NCBI GenBank assembly: GCA_005791685.1
Contig: SXVG01000023.1
Location: 1 to 44,050 of the forward strand
Reading direction: 5' to 3'
Source of the DNA: Methylotenera sp.
GTDB lineage: Bacteria > Pseudomonadota > Gammaproteobacteria > Burkholderiales > Methylophilaceae
DNA length: 44,050 nt
Of the stretch, positions 28,372-37,992 are shown piece by piece (position 1 is the stretch's first letter; the number at the start of each line of letters is the position of its first letter). The notes beneath the pieces are model-generated. The model did no database searches, was not told the DNA's origin, and saw nothing but the letters and a program-made list of their open reading frames with translations. Made by a program: the position numbers and the translations under genes.

Positions 28372-30080
28372 TGGCCATGCTGACGGACATAGCCATAGCC
28401 CAAGCCGCTAAAGTGCAGCCCATAGCCGAGGTGGCGGGCAAATTGCACTTGCAAGCGGAAGACCTGTTGCACTATGGTCCGTACATGGCCAAGTTGACTG
28501 AGCCTTGCCTGCAAAGAATTAAAGCCAAGACGGACGGCAAATTAATCTTGGTCACAGCCATTAGCCCAACCCCGGCCGGTGAGGGCAAAACCACCACCAC
28601 CATAGGTTTGGCCGATGCCTTAAATCGGTTGTTTGTCGGTGGGCAGCGCCAAGCCATGGTTTGTATGCGCGAACCGTCGTTAGGGCCGGTATTTGGTCTT
28701 AAAGGTGGGGCGACCGGTGGGGGCTATTCGCAAGTGCTGCCCATGGAAGACATCAATTTGCATTTTACCGGGGACTTTCACGCCATAGGCAGCGCCAATA
28801 ATTTATTGGCCGCTTTAATTGACAACCATATTTATCAAGGCAATGCCTTAAACATCGACCCGGACAGCATTACATGGCGCCGTTGCTTGGACATGAATGA
28901 CAGGGCCTTGCGTGACATTAGCCTAATTGGCCAAAGCAAAGACAGCCAGACCAGCAGTTTTAAACCGTACAGCAGGCAAACCGGCTTTGACATTACCGTG
29001 GCCAGCGAAGTGATGGCGGTATTTTGTTTGGCAAGCTCTTTGGCTGACTTGCAATGGCGTTTGGGCAATATCCAGATAGGTTTAAACAAGCAGCAACAGC
29101 CGGTGCTGGCCAGCGATTTGCAAGCCGCTGGCGCGATGACGGCTTTATTAAAAAATGCGTTTCAACCGACCTTGGTGCAAACGCTGGCACATAGCCCGGC
29201 GTTAGTGCACGGTGGCCCGTTTGCCAACATTGCGCATGGCTGTAATTCGGTGGTGGCCACCCAAGCGGCTTTGAAGTTAGCCGATTTTGTGGTGACCGAA
29301 GCCGGCGTCGGCGCCGATTTAGGGGCAGAAAAATTCATTGATATAAAATGCAGAAAAACCGGCTTGCAGCCAGCCATTGCGGTGTTGGTGGCGACGGTGC
29401 GCGCGCTTAAATACCACGGCGGGGTGGAAGTGGCCGATTTGAATCAAGAGAATTTAAGCGCCTTAAAAGCCGGTATGGCCAATTTAGCGAAACACTTAAA
29501 CAACCTACAGCAGGCATTTAATTTGCCGGTGCTGGTGGCCATCAACTATTTTGCCACTGACAGCGCTGCAGAAATCGCTTGTTTGCAGGCGGAAGTGGCT
29601 AAACTGGGGGCGCAAGCCGTGCTTTGTAAGCATTGGGCGCAAGGTGCGGCAGGCGCAACGGATTTGGCCAGTGCGGTATTGGAGCGGATAGAAGAAAATG
29701 CCGCCCGGCCATGTAAGCTGTTGTATCCGGACGACCTGTCTTTAGCCGATAAAATAGCCACCATTGCGCAAAAAATATACGGTGCCAGTCATGTTGAATT
29801 TAGCCCTAAGGCGCAGGTAAGCTTAGCCGGCTTAGAAAAGAACCACGGGCATTTCCCGGTGTGCATCGCAAAAACGCAGTATTCTTTTTCGGCGGATCCC
29901 AGTTTGCGTGGCGCCCCCAGTGGGCACGTATTGAGCGTACGCGAATTACGCTTATCGCGTGGGGCGGAATTCGTGGTGGCCATTTGTGGTGACATCATGA
30001 CCATGCCGGGCTTGCCTAAACAACCTGCCAGTGAACGCATAGGCGTGAATCAGGCCGGTGACATTACTGGGTTAAGTTAA
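28371..30080 (+). CDS. fhs: Formate--tetrahydrofolate ligase
   Basis: [66 protein letters not shown] at 28371 (or 28377). Confidence 0.97.
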   Translation: MAMLTDIAIAQAAKVQPIAEVAGKLHLQAEDLLHYGPYMAKLTEPCLQRIKAKTDGKLILVTAISPTPAGEGKTTTTIGLADALNRLFVGGQRQAMVCMREPSLGPVFGLKGGATGGGYSQVLPMEDINLHFTGDFHAIGSANNLLAALIDNHIYQGNALNIDPDSITWRRCLDMNDRALRDISLIGQSKDSQTSSFKPYSRQTGFDITVASEVMAVFCLASSLADLQWRLGNIQIGLNKQQQPVLASDLQAAGAMTALLKNAFQPTLVQTLAHSPALVHGGPFANIAHGCNSVVATQAALKLADFVVTEAGVGADLGAEKFIDIKCRKTGLQPAIAVLVATVRALKYHGGVEVADLNQENLSALKAGMANLAKHLNNLQQAFNLPVLVAINYFATDSAAEIACLQAEVAKLGAQAVLCKHWAQGAAGATDLASAVLERIEENAARPCKLLYPDDLSLADKIATIAQKIYGASHVEFSPKAQVSLAGLEKNHGHFPVCIAKTQYSFSADPSLRGAPSGHVLSVRELRLSRGAEFVVAICGDIMTMPGLPKQPASERIGVNQAGDITGLS

Positions 30081-30653
30081 TTGATACGCATAGTGGAAGC
30101 CGGTTTTGCTGAACAAACCTTAACTAAATCCCGTTTCATTGCCATGGCGCTGGCCACCGACGACGAGCGTGAGGTGGCGGCCGCTCTACATGCCTTTGCC
30201 GCTAAGCATCCAACGGCACACCACTTAGCTTATGCCTATAGGCTTAAAATCGAACAGGCGATTGTGCCCAGATTCTCTGACGCTGGCGAGCCTTCTGGCA
30301 CGGCAGGCATGCCGCTATTAAAGCTCATGGAAGGGCGCGACTTGATCAATACCTGCGTGGCGGTGATTCGTTATTACGGCGGCATTAATTTAGGCACCGG
30401 TGGTTTGGCTAGAGCCTACGGCGGTACGGCCAAGTTGGCGCTGGACAATGCCAAGACCATGGATTTTGTTGAAATGAAGCAATACCGACTCAGCATTACT
30501 TACAAGCAAATGGATGGGATGCTGAGTGCTTTGGCTAAATGCCAGGGCAGTATAGTCAGTAAAACGTTTGCTGAGCAGGTGGACTTGTTGCTGAATTTAC
30601 CGGTGAGTGAGGCGGCTAATTTTTTAAATCGCTTCAAGCCTTATGCCGAATAA
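30081..30653 (+). CDS. yigZ: IMPACT/YigZ family protein
   Basis: KSRFIA, SDAGEPSGTAG.P, RYYGGINLGTGGLARAY; TTG start abutting the fhs stop. Confidence 0.9.
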   Translation: MIRIVEAGFAEQTLTKSRFIAMALATDDEREVAAALHAFAAKHPTAHHLAYAYRLKIEQAIVPRFSDAGEPSGTAGMPLLKLMEGRDLINTCVAVIRYYGGINLGTGGLARAYGGTAKLALDNAKTMDFVEMKQYRLSITYKQMDGMLSALAKCQGSIVSKTFAEQVDLLLNLPVSEAANFLNRFKPYAE

Positions 30654-30720
30654 GGCCACATTAAAGCAACAAATAAATTGGCTTGTGTTATTGTTGCGGG
30701 AAGTTTTTAAGGTTTAATTT

Positions 30721-31755
30721 ATGACTAAAATAACAAAAGTAGCTGCGCCTACTGTCTACGAAATAGCCGCTTGGTTTTTGACCGCTTTTGCCCTGTTTTT
30801 CGTACTCAAATTTAGCCTGTTGCCGGCCGTGCTAGCCGGTTTGTTGGTGTATGAGTTGGTGCACATTATCACGCCTATGCTGGCGCGTCGATTGCCCAGC
30901 AACAAGCCCAGTCATATTTCTAAATTATGGGCGGTGGCGATTTTGGTGGTTATTATCGTCAGTCTGTTGGCTTTTGCCGGAGCCGGTTTGATGGCTTTTT
31001 TTAGGTCAGACTCGGGCAGTCTGACCGTGTTGCTGGCAAAAATGGCGCAAATCATAGAGGATAGTCGCAAGATATTGCCAGCTTGGTTATTTGAACATTT
31101 GCCTGCCGACGCCATCGCCTTTAAAGAGCAAGCTTCAGAGTGGTTGCGCAGTCATGCCGATGAATTGCAAGTGGTCGGCAAGGAAGCTGGCAGGGCCACC
31201 GCGCATATATTAATCGGCATGATCATAGGCGGCATTTTAGCGGTACGCGATGCAGTGGCCATGGACAACTTTAAACCCTTTGCCCGCGCCTTAGCCTGCC
31301 GCGGTGAGTTGTTTAGCGATGCCTTTAGACGGGTGGTTTTTGCCCAACTGCGTATTTCAGCAATCAACACGGTTTTTACCGCCACCTATTTGGCTTTGGT
31401 CTTGCCTTTGATGGGCGTTCATCTGCCCCTGATTAAAACCATGATAGCCATTACCTTTGTGGTGGGCCTCATTCCAGTGGTGGGCAATTTGATCTCCAAC
31501 ACCATGATAGTCATTGTTAGCCTAAGCCAATCTCTATTGGTGGCGGTCGGTTCTTTGCTTTATTTAATCGCCATACACAAATTAGAGTATTTCTTAAATG
31601 CCCGCATTGTCGGCAGTCAGATTCGCGCCAATGCTTGGGAATTGTTAATCGCCATGCTGTGTATGGAAGCGGCTTTTGGCATAGCCGGCATCGTGGCGGC
31701 GCCTATTTATTATGCCTACATTAAGTCGGAGTTGCGTGGCCGAGATCTGGTTTAG
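30721..31755 (+). CDS. AI-2E (UPF0118/PerM) family transporter
   Basis: Multi-TM protein with GLIPVVGNL, HKLEYFLNARIVG and GIVAAPI motifs. Confidence 0.85.
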   Translation: MTKITKVAAPTVYEIAAWFLTAFALFFVLKFSLLPAVLAGLLVYELVHIITPMLARRLPSNKPSHISKLWAVAILVVIIVSLLAFAGAGLMAFFRSDSGSLTVLLAKMAQIIEDSRKILPAWLFEHLPADAIAFKEQASEWLRSHADELQVVGKEAGRATAHILIGMIIGGILAVRDAVAMDNFKPFARALACRGELFSDAFRRVVFAQLRISAINTVFTATYLALVLPLMGVHLPLIKTMIAITFVVGLIPVVGNLISNTMIVIVSLSQSLLVAVGSLLYLIAIHKLEYFLNARIVGSQIRANAWELLIAMLCMEAAFGIAGIVAAPIYYAYIKSELRGRDLV

Positions 31756-31763
31756 TTCTACAT

Positions 31764-31798
31764 GGCTTTAGCCGCATTTGTAAAAGCGGGCTAAAGCC
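31764..31798. repeat. Inverted repeat, REP-like doublet
   Basis: GGCTTTAGCC (31764-31773) and GGCTAAAGCC (31789-31798) form perfect 10-bp arms; no U-tract. Confidence 0.55.
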
Positions 31799-31806
31799 CC
31801 ATCAGG

Positions 31807-31812
31807 TATAAT
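31807..31812 (+). promoter_or_regulatory. Consensus -10 (TATAAT) of rmuC
   Basis: Perfect TATAAT ending 8 nt before the ATG. Confidence 0.5.
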
Positions 31813-31820
31813 CTTTCCTC

Positions 31821-33140
31821 ATGATACAAATAATTGTTTTAATCTTGCTGGTGCTGATTTTATTGCTCTTGCTCAAGCAAATAGCGCACGCGCGTGCCGG
31901 CAATCAGCAAGCCTTGATTTTGCAGCAGTTGGAAGAAAAGCACAGGGCCATGTTGCTTGATTTTAATGATGGGCTTAATAAACTGGGTGACCGTTTGGGT
32001 GCTGCCTCGCATGAAACCAGTGAACGCCTGCGTGCCAGCGTTGCGACCGAGCTGCAAAGCACCCGTGACGCCATGCAGGCCTTGCAATTGGCGCAAAGCG
32101 GTGATTTGGCGCTCACCCGTGAAAGCGTGTTGGAAAAATTGCACACCACCTTAAGTGAGCAGGGTAAGGCACAGCAAGCGCTGATTAACGACACCATGTT
32201 AAAAGCTACCACCACGCTTACGCTGAGCATAGAAAACTTAAGCAAAGCGGTCGATGGGCGCTTGGAGCAGATAGGTGGCAAAGTGTCGGAGCGCTTGGAC
32301 GAGGGCTTTAAAAAAACCAATCAAACCTTTGTCGATGTGATGGCGCGTTTGGCCACCATAGACGAAGCGCAAAAGAAAATTGACGGCTTAACCAGCAATG
32401 TCGTGAGTCTGCAAGAACTGTTGGGCGATAAGCGTTCGCGCGGCGCCTTTGGCGAGGTGCAATTGGAAGCATTGGTGCGCAATGTGTTGCCGGCCAATTC
32501 CTTTGCCATGCAGCATGGCTTTGAAAATGGCACGCGCGCCGATTGTGCTTTATTTTTACCCGAACCGACCGGCACGGTGGCGGTGGACAGTAAGTTCCCC
32601 TTAGAAAATTACCACCGTATGTTTGATGCCAAGTCATCCGAGGCTGAACAGGCGTTGGCAGGGAAACAATTTAAGCTGGACGTGAAAAAGCATGTCGATG
32701 ACATTGCCAAAAAATACATCATTCCCAATGTGACGTCCGACGGTGCCGTGATGTTTATCCCAGCTGAGGCGGTGTTTGCAGAATTGCATGCTTACCACCA
32801 AGACGTCATTGACTATGCCATGAATAAGCGCGTTTGGCTGGTCTCACCCACCACCTTAATGGCGGTATTGAATACCGCGCGGGCGGTGCTAAAAGACGTG
32901 GAAACGCGTAAGCAAGTGCATGTCATTAAAGAAGAGTTGGGCAAGCTCAGTAAAGATTTCGGTCGATTCGATCAGCGCATGAAAAAACTCGCCGACAACA
33001 TCCGTCAAGCCCACGAAAATGCCCAGGATGTGCACATCTCCAGTCAAAAAATTACCCAACGTTTTGCTAAAATAGAGCGCGTGGAGTTGGTGCATCAGCC
33101 CGGCGTGGTGCTGGATGCAGTTGATGATAAAGAAGATTAA
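31821..33140 (+). CDS. rmuC: DNA recombination protein RmuC
   Basis: N-terminal TM helix and coiled coil, RGAFGEVQLE, RAD, VDSKFPL, MFIPAE, SPTTL. Confidence 0.95.
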   Translation: MIQIIVLILLVLILLLLLKQIAHARAGNQQALILQQLEEKHRAMLLDFNDGLNKLGDRLGAASHETSERLRASVATELQSTRDAMQALQLAQSGDLALTRESVLEKLHTTLSEQGKAQQALINDTMLKATTTLTLSIENLSKAVDGRLEQIGGKVSERLDEGFKKTNQTFVDVMARLATIDEAQKKIDGLTSNVVSLQELLGDKRSRGAFGEVQLEALVRNVLPANSFAMQHGFENGTRADCALFLPEPTGTVAVDSKFPLENYHRMFDAKSSEAEQALAGKQFKLDVKKHVDDIAKKYIIPNVTSDGAVMFIPAEAVFAELHAYHQDVIDYAMNKRVWLVSPTTLMAVLNTARAVLKDVETRKQVHVIKEELGKLSKDFGRFDQRMKKLADNIRQAHENAQDVHISSQKITQRFAKIERVELVHQPGVVLDAVDDKED

Positions 33141-33157
33141 TAAAAGCATTTAACACT

Positions 33158-33415
33158 ATGAAAATAAAAATACTTTACTTTGCAAGATTAAAAGAAACGC
33201 TGAAATTTTCCGCTGAAGATTTAGACCTTGCGGACAGCGAGATGAGCCTAATCCAACTCAAAGGCCTGCTGGCAAAACGCGGTGACGTGTGGCAGCAAAT
33301 GTTGCTGGGCAACTTCAAGGTTAGGGGTGCTATTAATCATCAATTGGTCGATGATCATGCCCGCATAGTGGACGGCGATGAGGTGGCTTTTTTTCCACCG
33401 GTGACCGGTGGTTAA
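33158..33415 (+). CDS. moaD: Molybdopterin synthase sulfur carrier subunit
   Basis: ILYFARLKE and GDEVAFFPPVTGG C-terminus. Confidence 0.97.
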   Translation: MKIKILYFARLKETLKFSAEDLDLADSEMSLIQLKGLLAKRGDVWQQMLLGNFKVRGAINHQLVDDHARIVDGDEVAFFPPVTGG

Positions 33416-33428
33416 GCGCTGAGCTGTG

Positions 33429-33881
33429 ATGAAAATTGCCGTTCAAACTGAGGATTTTGATGTCGCTTTAGAAATGCAGCACTTGCGTCAGGCGCGAACA
33501 GACGTCGGCGCGCTGGTGAGTTTTGTCGGCTTGGTGCGCGATTTAAACGAAGGCGATGCGGTCGCCCAATTAAGCTTAGAGCACTATCCTGGCATGACAG
33601 AAAAAGCCTTGCAAGCCATAGCCCATGAGGCCGCTGAGCGCTGGGATATCTTTGATGCCACGGTGATTCATAGGGTGGGCACTTTGCAAGCCACGGATCA
33701 AATAGTTTTGGTGGTGGTGGCAAGTAGGCATAGAGCGGAGGCTTTTAAAGCCTGTGAATTCATTATGGATTACTTAAAGACGCAAGCGCCTTTTTGGAAA
33801 AAAGAGTCGAGCGCCAGTGGCGAACGTTGGCTGGACGCCAAAGACAGCGATGATGAGGCGCGTCAGCGCTGGCTTAAGTAA
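33429..33881 (+). CDS. moaE: Molybdopterin synthase catalytic subunit
   Basis: GALVSFVGLVR, LEHYPGM, HRVG, HR.EAF.AC..IMD.LKT.APFWKKE. Confidence 0.97.
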   Translation: MKIAVQTEDFDVALEMQHLRQARTDVGALVSFVGLVRDLNEGDAVAQLSLEHYPGMTEKALQAIAHEAAERWDIFDATVIHRVGTLQATDQIVLVVVASRHRAEAFKACEFIMDYLKTQAPFWKKESSASGERWLDAKDSDDEARQRWLK

Positions 33882-33985
33882 TCCGCGCGGCTTAACATGG
33901 CTTGCGGCCAGCATGCTGCCTAGATAAGGCCATGCATGCCGCAAAAAACAGTTAAAATGGGCTTCAATTAAAATAGTCAGGCGAT

Positions 33986-36133
33986 ATGTCACAATATTTA
34001 ACCCCGCAACAATTAACCCTTAACATTGCCCCGGCGCAATTTAAATTTTCCGACACCTCACAATTGCTTGGTGCCCAGCAAGGCAGTGCGCAACATCAGG
34101 CTTGGGTGGCGCAATCCGAGGCAAAAAAGGCGGCTGAGTTTGGCTTGGCTATCCGTCAGCCCGGCTTTAATCTGCTGGCGCTGGGTGAGCCGGGTACAGG
34201 ACGCAGCACCTTGATGCTTAGCGCCATGCATGAAGCCGCGCTAAAGCAAGCAAGGCCTAATGATTTGGTCGCCATCTACCCCTTTGATAGCAACGGTAAG
34301 CCCTTGTTTTTAAAAATGCCGGCAGGGGTGGGTGGGCAATTAAAACACGCTTTAGATCAGTTTGTACGGCATCTGGCCAAGGACTTGCCCAATTTGCTCG
34401 AGGCGCGCATCAAAGACCATGCCTCGACGGCCATCCTGGCATTTTTAGCGGCGCAAGGTGCCAGCATCAAGAGCAGTGTGGCTTACATTGCTGACAATAA
34501 AACCTTGACGGCTTATTTCGACTGGATGCAAAAAGACATCTTAGACTATTTGGAGGCTTGGCAGCCCAGTGCCACAGGCGATGGCGACAGCAATTTAGAG
34601 AGCTTGCTCAGTGAAAGTTTCTTTAGCCGTTATCGCGTTAATCTGTTGGTGGATCATCATGTTGGGTCGCTGACCGATGGGCAAGCCAACCTCTATGCAC
34701 CGGTCATATACGATAACGACCCCAGTTTGCAATCCTTATTTGGCGGCATAGAAAGTGCTGCAGAGTCGAGCGCCGCGCCTGATTTTATGCGTTTGCGCGC
34801 CGGTAATTTATTGCGTGCGGATGGTGGCACCTTGCTCCTCAATTTGCGCGACATTTTGGCCGATGAAGCCAACGGCGCACAAATTTTAGAAAAATTGCAC
34901 CGTTTTTTACGCAATGGCACCTTGCAAATTGAGGATTTATCCAGCAGTGGTGGCCAAGGCGGGGGCTTTGTGAGCGCACAAGCGACCATACCGGTTTCGG
35001 TCAAGTTGGTGTTGGTCGCCACCCGTGAAGACTATTATTTGCTGATAGACGAGTGCTCCGATTTCTTTAATTACTTTCCCATCAAAATTGAGTTTGCCGA
35101 AAAAGTCAAAGCCAGCGCGGAAAATTACGCGGCTTATGCGGCCTTTATCGCCCAAAAATGCCGGCAATTTAATTGCAGCCACTTTACCGCCGCGGCCGTT
35201 GTGGCGCTATTGCAAGCCATGCATAGGTTGGAAGAAGACCAAACGCGCTTAAGCACCGAATTTGCCGTACTGGAAAAATTGATGTTAGAAAGTGCCGCCG
35301 CGGCAGGTTTGCGCGAGGCCAAATTGGTGGATGTGGAAGACGTTAAAGCGGCCATCAGTCGCCGTTATGCGCGGCATGGCTACATTGAAGGCCATATGCG
35401 TGATTCGATTATAGACAATGAGCTGATGATTACCGTGCAAGGCGAAGCGGTTGGCCAAATTAATGGTTTGACCCACATTGATTTAGCCGACGCCAGCTTT
35501 GGTTCACCCATACGCATCTCGGCCAATTGCTACGCCGGTCGCCGTGATGTGTTAACCATAGACCGCGAAGTGCTGATGAGTGGCCCCACCCACGACAAGG
35601 GCGTGATGATATTGCAAAGTTGGCTGCATACCAATTTTGCCAAACTCAATCCGCTCAACATGACCGCGTCTTTGGTGTTTGAGCAAGAATACAACGGCGT
35701 TGATGGCGATTCGGCCTCCTGCGCTGAGTTGTTCGTGTTGTTGTCGGCTTTATCTAAATTAGCCATTAAGCAAGGCATAGCCGTTACCGGCGCCTTAAAT
35801 CAACACGGTGAAGTGTTGCCGGTAGGCGGCTTGAATGAAAAGATAGAAGGCTATTTTAGGGTTTGCAAAGAAATCGGTTTGGATGGCCAGCAAGGGGTGC
35901 TCATCCCCGGCCGCAATATGCGTCACTTAATGTTGGCGGATGAAGTGGTGGAAGCGGTGGCCCAAGGGCAATTCCACATTAAAACCATGAACAATGTGGC
36001 CGAAGGTATATTGCATTTAACTGGTCATAGCTTGGCTGAAGTGAGCGCATTGGCGGCGGAAACGCTGGTTTCATTTAAATTGGTGTTGGAGCAGAATTTA
36101 CCAAAAACCACCTTGCTTGAGTGGTCACGTTAA
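33986..36133 (+). CDS. Lon-family (LonC/YcbZ-like, peptidase S16) protease
   Basis: Degenerate Walker A GEPGTGRS, AGNLLRADGG, GQINGL, catalytic DGDSAS and GGLNEK dyad. Confidence 0.88.
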   Translation: MSQYLTPQQLTLNIAPAQFKFSDTSQLLGAQQGSAQHQAWVAQSEAKKAAEFGLAIRQPGFNLLALGEPGTGRSTLMLSAMHEAALKQARPNDLVAIYPFDSNGKPLFLKMPAGVGGQLKHALDQFVRHLAKDLPNLLEARIKDHASTAILAFLAAQGASIKSSVAYIADNKTLTAYFDWMQKDILDYLEAWQPSATGDGDSNLESLLSESFFSRYRVNLLVDHHVGSLTDGQANLYAPVIYDNDPSLQSLFGGIESAAESSAAPDFMRLRAGNLLRADGGTLLLNLRDILADEANGAQILEKLHRFLRNGTLQIEDLSSSGGQGGGFVSAQATIPVSVKLVLVATREDYYLLIDECSDFFNYFPIKIEFAEKVKASAENYAAYAAFIAQKCRQFNCSHFTAAAVVALLQAMHRLEEDQTRLSTEFAVLEKLMLESAAAAGLREAKLVDVEDVKAAISRRYARHGYIEGHMRDSIIDNELMITVQGEAVGQINGLTHIDLADASFGSPIRISANCYAGRRDVLTIDREVLMSGPTHDKGVMILQSWLHTNFAKLNPLNMTASLVFEQEYNGVDGDSASCAELFVLLSALSKLAIKQGIAVTGALNQHGEVLPVGGLNEKIEGYFRVCKEIGLDGQQGVLIPGRNMRHLMLADEVVEAVAQGQFHIKTMNNVAEGILHLTGHSLAEVSALAAETLVSFKLVLEQNLPKTTLLEWSR

Positions 36134-36146
36134 GTCGCTAAGCCGC

Positions 36147-36548
36147 ATGAGCATGGAAGTCGAGAGTAAATGCCGCTTAGATAAATGGTTATGGGCGGCG
36201 CGGTTTTTTAAAACCCGTAGTTTAAGCAGCGCTGCCATAGAAACCGGCACAGTGCACTTGGATGGTGATAGGGTGAAACCGGCTAAAGAATTGCGCCCAG
36301 GTCAACTTATTCATATCCGCACGCGCGATTTTGAAATTGAAGTGGAGCTGTTGGCCTTATCCCAGCTACGCAAAGGCGCACCAGAGGCAGCCTTGTTATA
36401 CCGCGAAACGCCGGCCAGTTTGGCTAAACGTGAAAACGCCAAAGTCACGGGTCAGGCCGAATATGCACAACGTGAGCGCGGAGCAGGTCGGCCGACTAAG
36501 CGGCAACTGCGGGATATTAAGAAATTTACCGGCGGCACTTATGGTTAA
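36147..36548 (+). CDS. hslR: S4-domain heat shock protein Hsp15
   Basis: RLDKWLWAARFFKTRS, KPAK, LYRET, GRPTKR. ATG at 36147 or 36153. Confidence 0.93.
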   Translation: MSMEVESKCRLDKWLWAARFFKTRSLSSAAIETGTVHLDGDRVKPAKELRPGQLIHIRTRDFEIEVELLALSQLRKGAPEAALLYRETPASLAKRENAKVTGQAEYAQRERGAGRPTKRQLRDIKKFTGGTYG

Positions 36549-36570
36549 AGGCCGCCAGCCAATGAAGGCC

Positions 36571-37977
36571 TTATTTGCTGTAGGCTAAGCCACCCAGCAG
36601 GGCTGCCACCGGGAGTTTTTTGCCGCTAGGGATAGGCTTGATAGGGCTGGGTTTTTTGGCCAGCACCGCTTCGTAAGGCTGATCAAACCAAGGATCGCTA
36701 CTTTTCTTTTTAACGACGTTACGCCTGCTGGCTGTGGCGTCATGCTGTGGGCTGGCTGGCGTTGGTCTGCTGGTGTGGCTACGTGTTCTAGCGCTGCTGC
36801 GATCAATCACTATGCTTTCTTTGTTGATTTGGCGCTTAATCAGTTTTTCAATTTCCACCAAGTATTTGTCTTCTTCTGGGCTGACAAAAGAGATGGCCAC
36901 GCCCAATGCGCCGGCCCGACCAGTACGGCCTATGCGGTGCACGTAGTCTTCTGGGGCGCTAGGAATTTCATAGTTAATCACCATGGGTAATTGGTCTATG
37001 TCTAAACCGCGTGCAGCGACGTCGGTGGCCACCAATACCGTGGCGGCGCCTGATTTAAAGGCGTCTAAGGCTTTAATGCGCTCTTGTTGCGACTTGTCGC
37101 CGTGGATGGCGTCGGCGGCAATGCCTACCCGTGCCAAGCTACGGCTTAAACGACTGGCGGTGAGTTTGGTTTTAGTGAAAATCAGCACTTGTTGCGAGTC
37201 GCTGTTTTTTAAGAGCTGTACCAGCAAGGCTTCTTTATCGCTTTGCGCCACCGAATAGACTTTTTGCGTGACGTTATCGTTGGTGGCATTGCTGCGCGCC
37301 ACTTCTATGAGTTGCGGTTTCGTTAAAAAGTCGTCGGCTAATTTTTTAATCTCGTTAGAAAACGTCGCCGAGAACATCAGGTTTTGCCTGTGCTTGGGCA
37401 ACAAGGCCAGTATGCGTTTTAAATCAGGCATAAAGCCCATGTCCAACATACGATCGGCTTCGTCCAACACTAAAATCTGCACTTGATTGAGCTGCAAGGT
37501 TTTTTGTTCTATGTGATCAAGTAAGCGACCTGGGGTGGCCACTAAAATTTCCACACCGGTTTTTAGATGCGGCGTTTGCGTTTTAATGTCCACACCACCG
37601 AACACCACCAATGAGCGCAGTGCCGTGTGCTTGGCGTAAGCCTTGATGCTTTCTTCTACCTGTATCGCCAGCTCGCGGGTGGGCGTTAAGATCAAGGCCC
37701 TAACCGGGTGTTTCGCTGGGGAGGCGCCGTGATTAGCCAGCGGCAGTAATTTTTGCAGTAAAGGCAATGAAAAAGCCGCGGTTTTACCGGTACCCGTTTG
37801 CGCCCCAGCCATTAAGTCGCCACCGGCTAAAGCCAAGGGTATGGCTTGTGCCTGAATGGGCGTGGGCGTGGTGTAGCCTGAATCGGTCAGCGCTTTAAGT
37901 AATGCCGGCGCCAGACCTAAGTTGTCAAAGCTAGGCTGGGTTAAAGGCTTACTGTCAATTGTTACAGTTTCTGTCAT
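36571..37977 (-). CDS. rhlE: DEAD-box RNA helicase, RhlE-like
   Basis: Q-motif PTPIQ, AQTGTGKT, PTRELA, DEAD, SAT, HRIGRTGR. Confidence 0.88.
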   Translation of the reverse strand: MTETVTIDSKPLTQPSFDNLGLAPALLKALTDSGYTTPTPIQAQAIPLALAGGDLMAGAQTGTGKTAAFSLPLLQKLLPLANHGASPAKHPVRALILTPTRELAIQVEESIKAYAKHTALRSLVVFGGVDIKTQTPHLKTGVEILVATPGRLLDHIEQKTLQLNQVQILVLDEADRMLDMGFMPDLKRILALLPKHRQNLMFSATFSNEIKKLADDFLTKPQLIEVARSNATNDNVTQKVYSVAQSDKEALLVQLLKNSDSQQVLIFTKTKLTASRLSRSLARVGIAADAIHGDKSQQERIKALDAFKSGAATVLVATDVAARGLDIDQLPMVINYEIPSAPEDYVHRIGRTGRAGALGVAISFVSPEEDKYLVEIEKLIKRQINKESIVIDRSSARTRSHTSRPTPASPQHDATASRRNVVKKKSSDPWFDQPYEAVLAKKPSPIKPIPSGKKLPVAALLGGLAYSK

Positions 37978-37992
37978 TGCGTGTCTCTGTAT

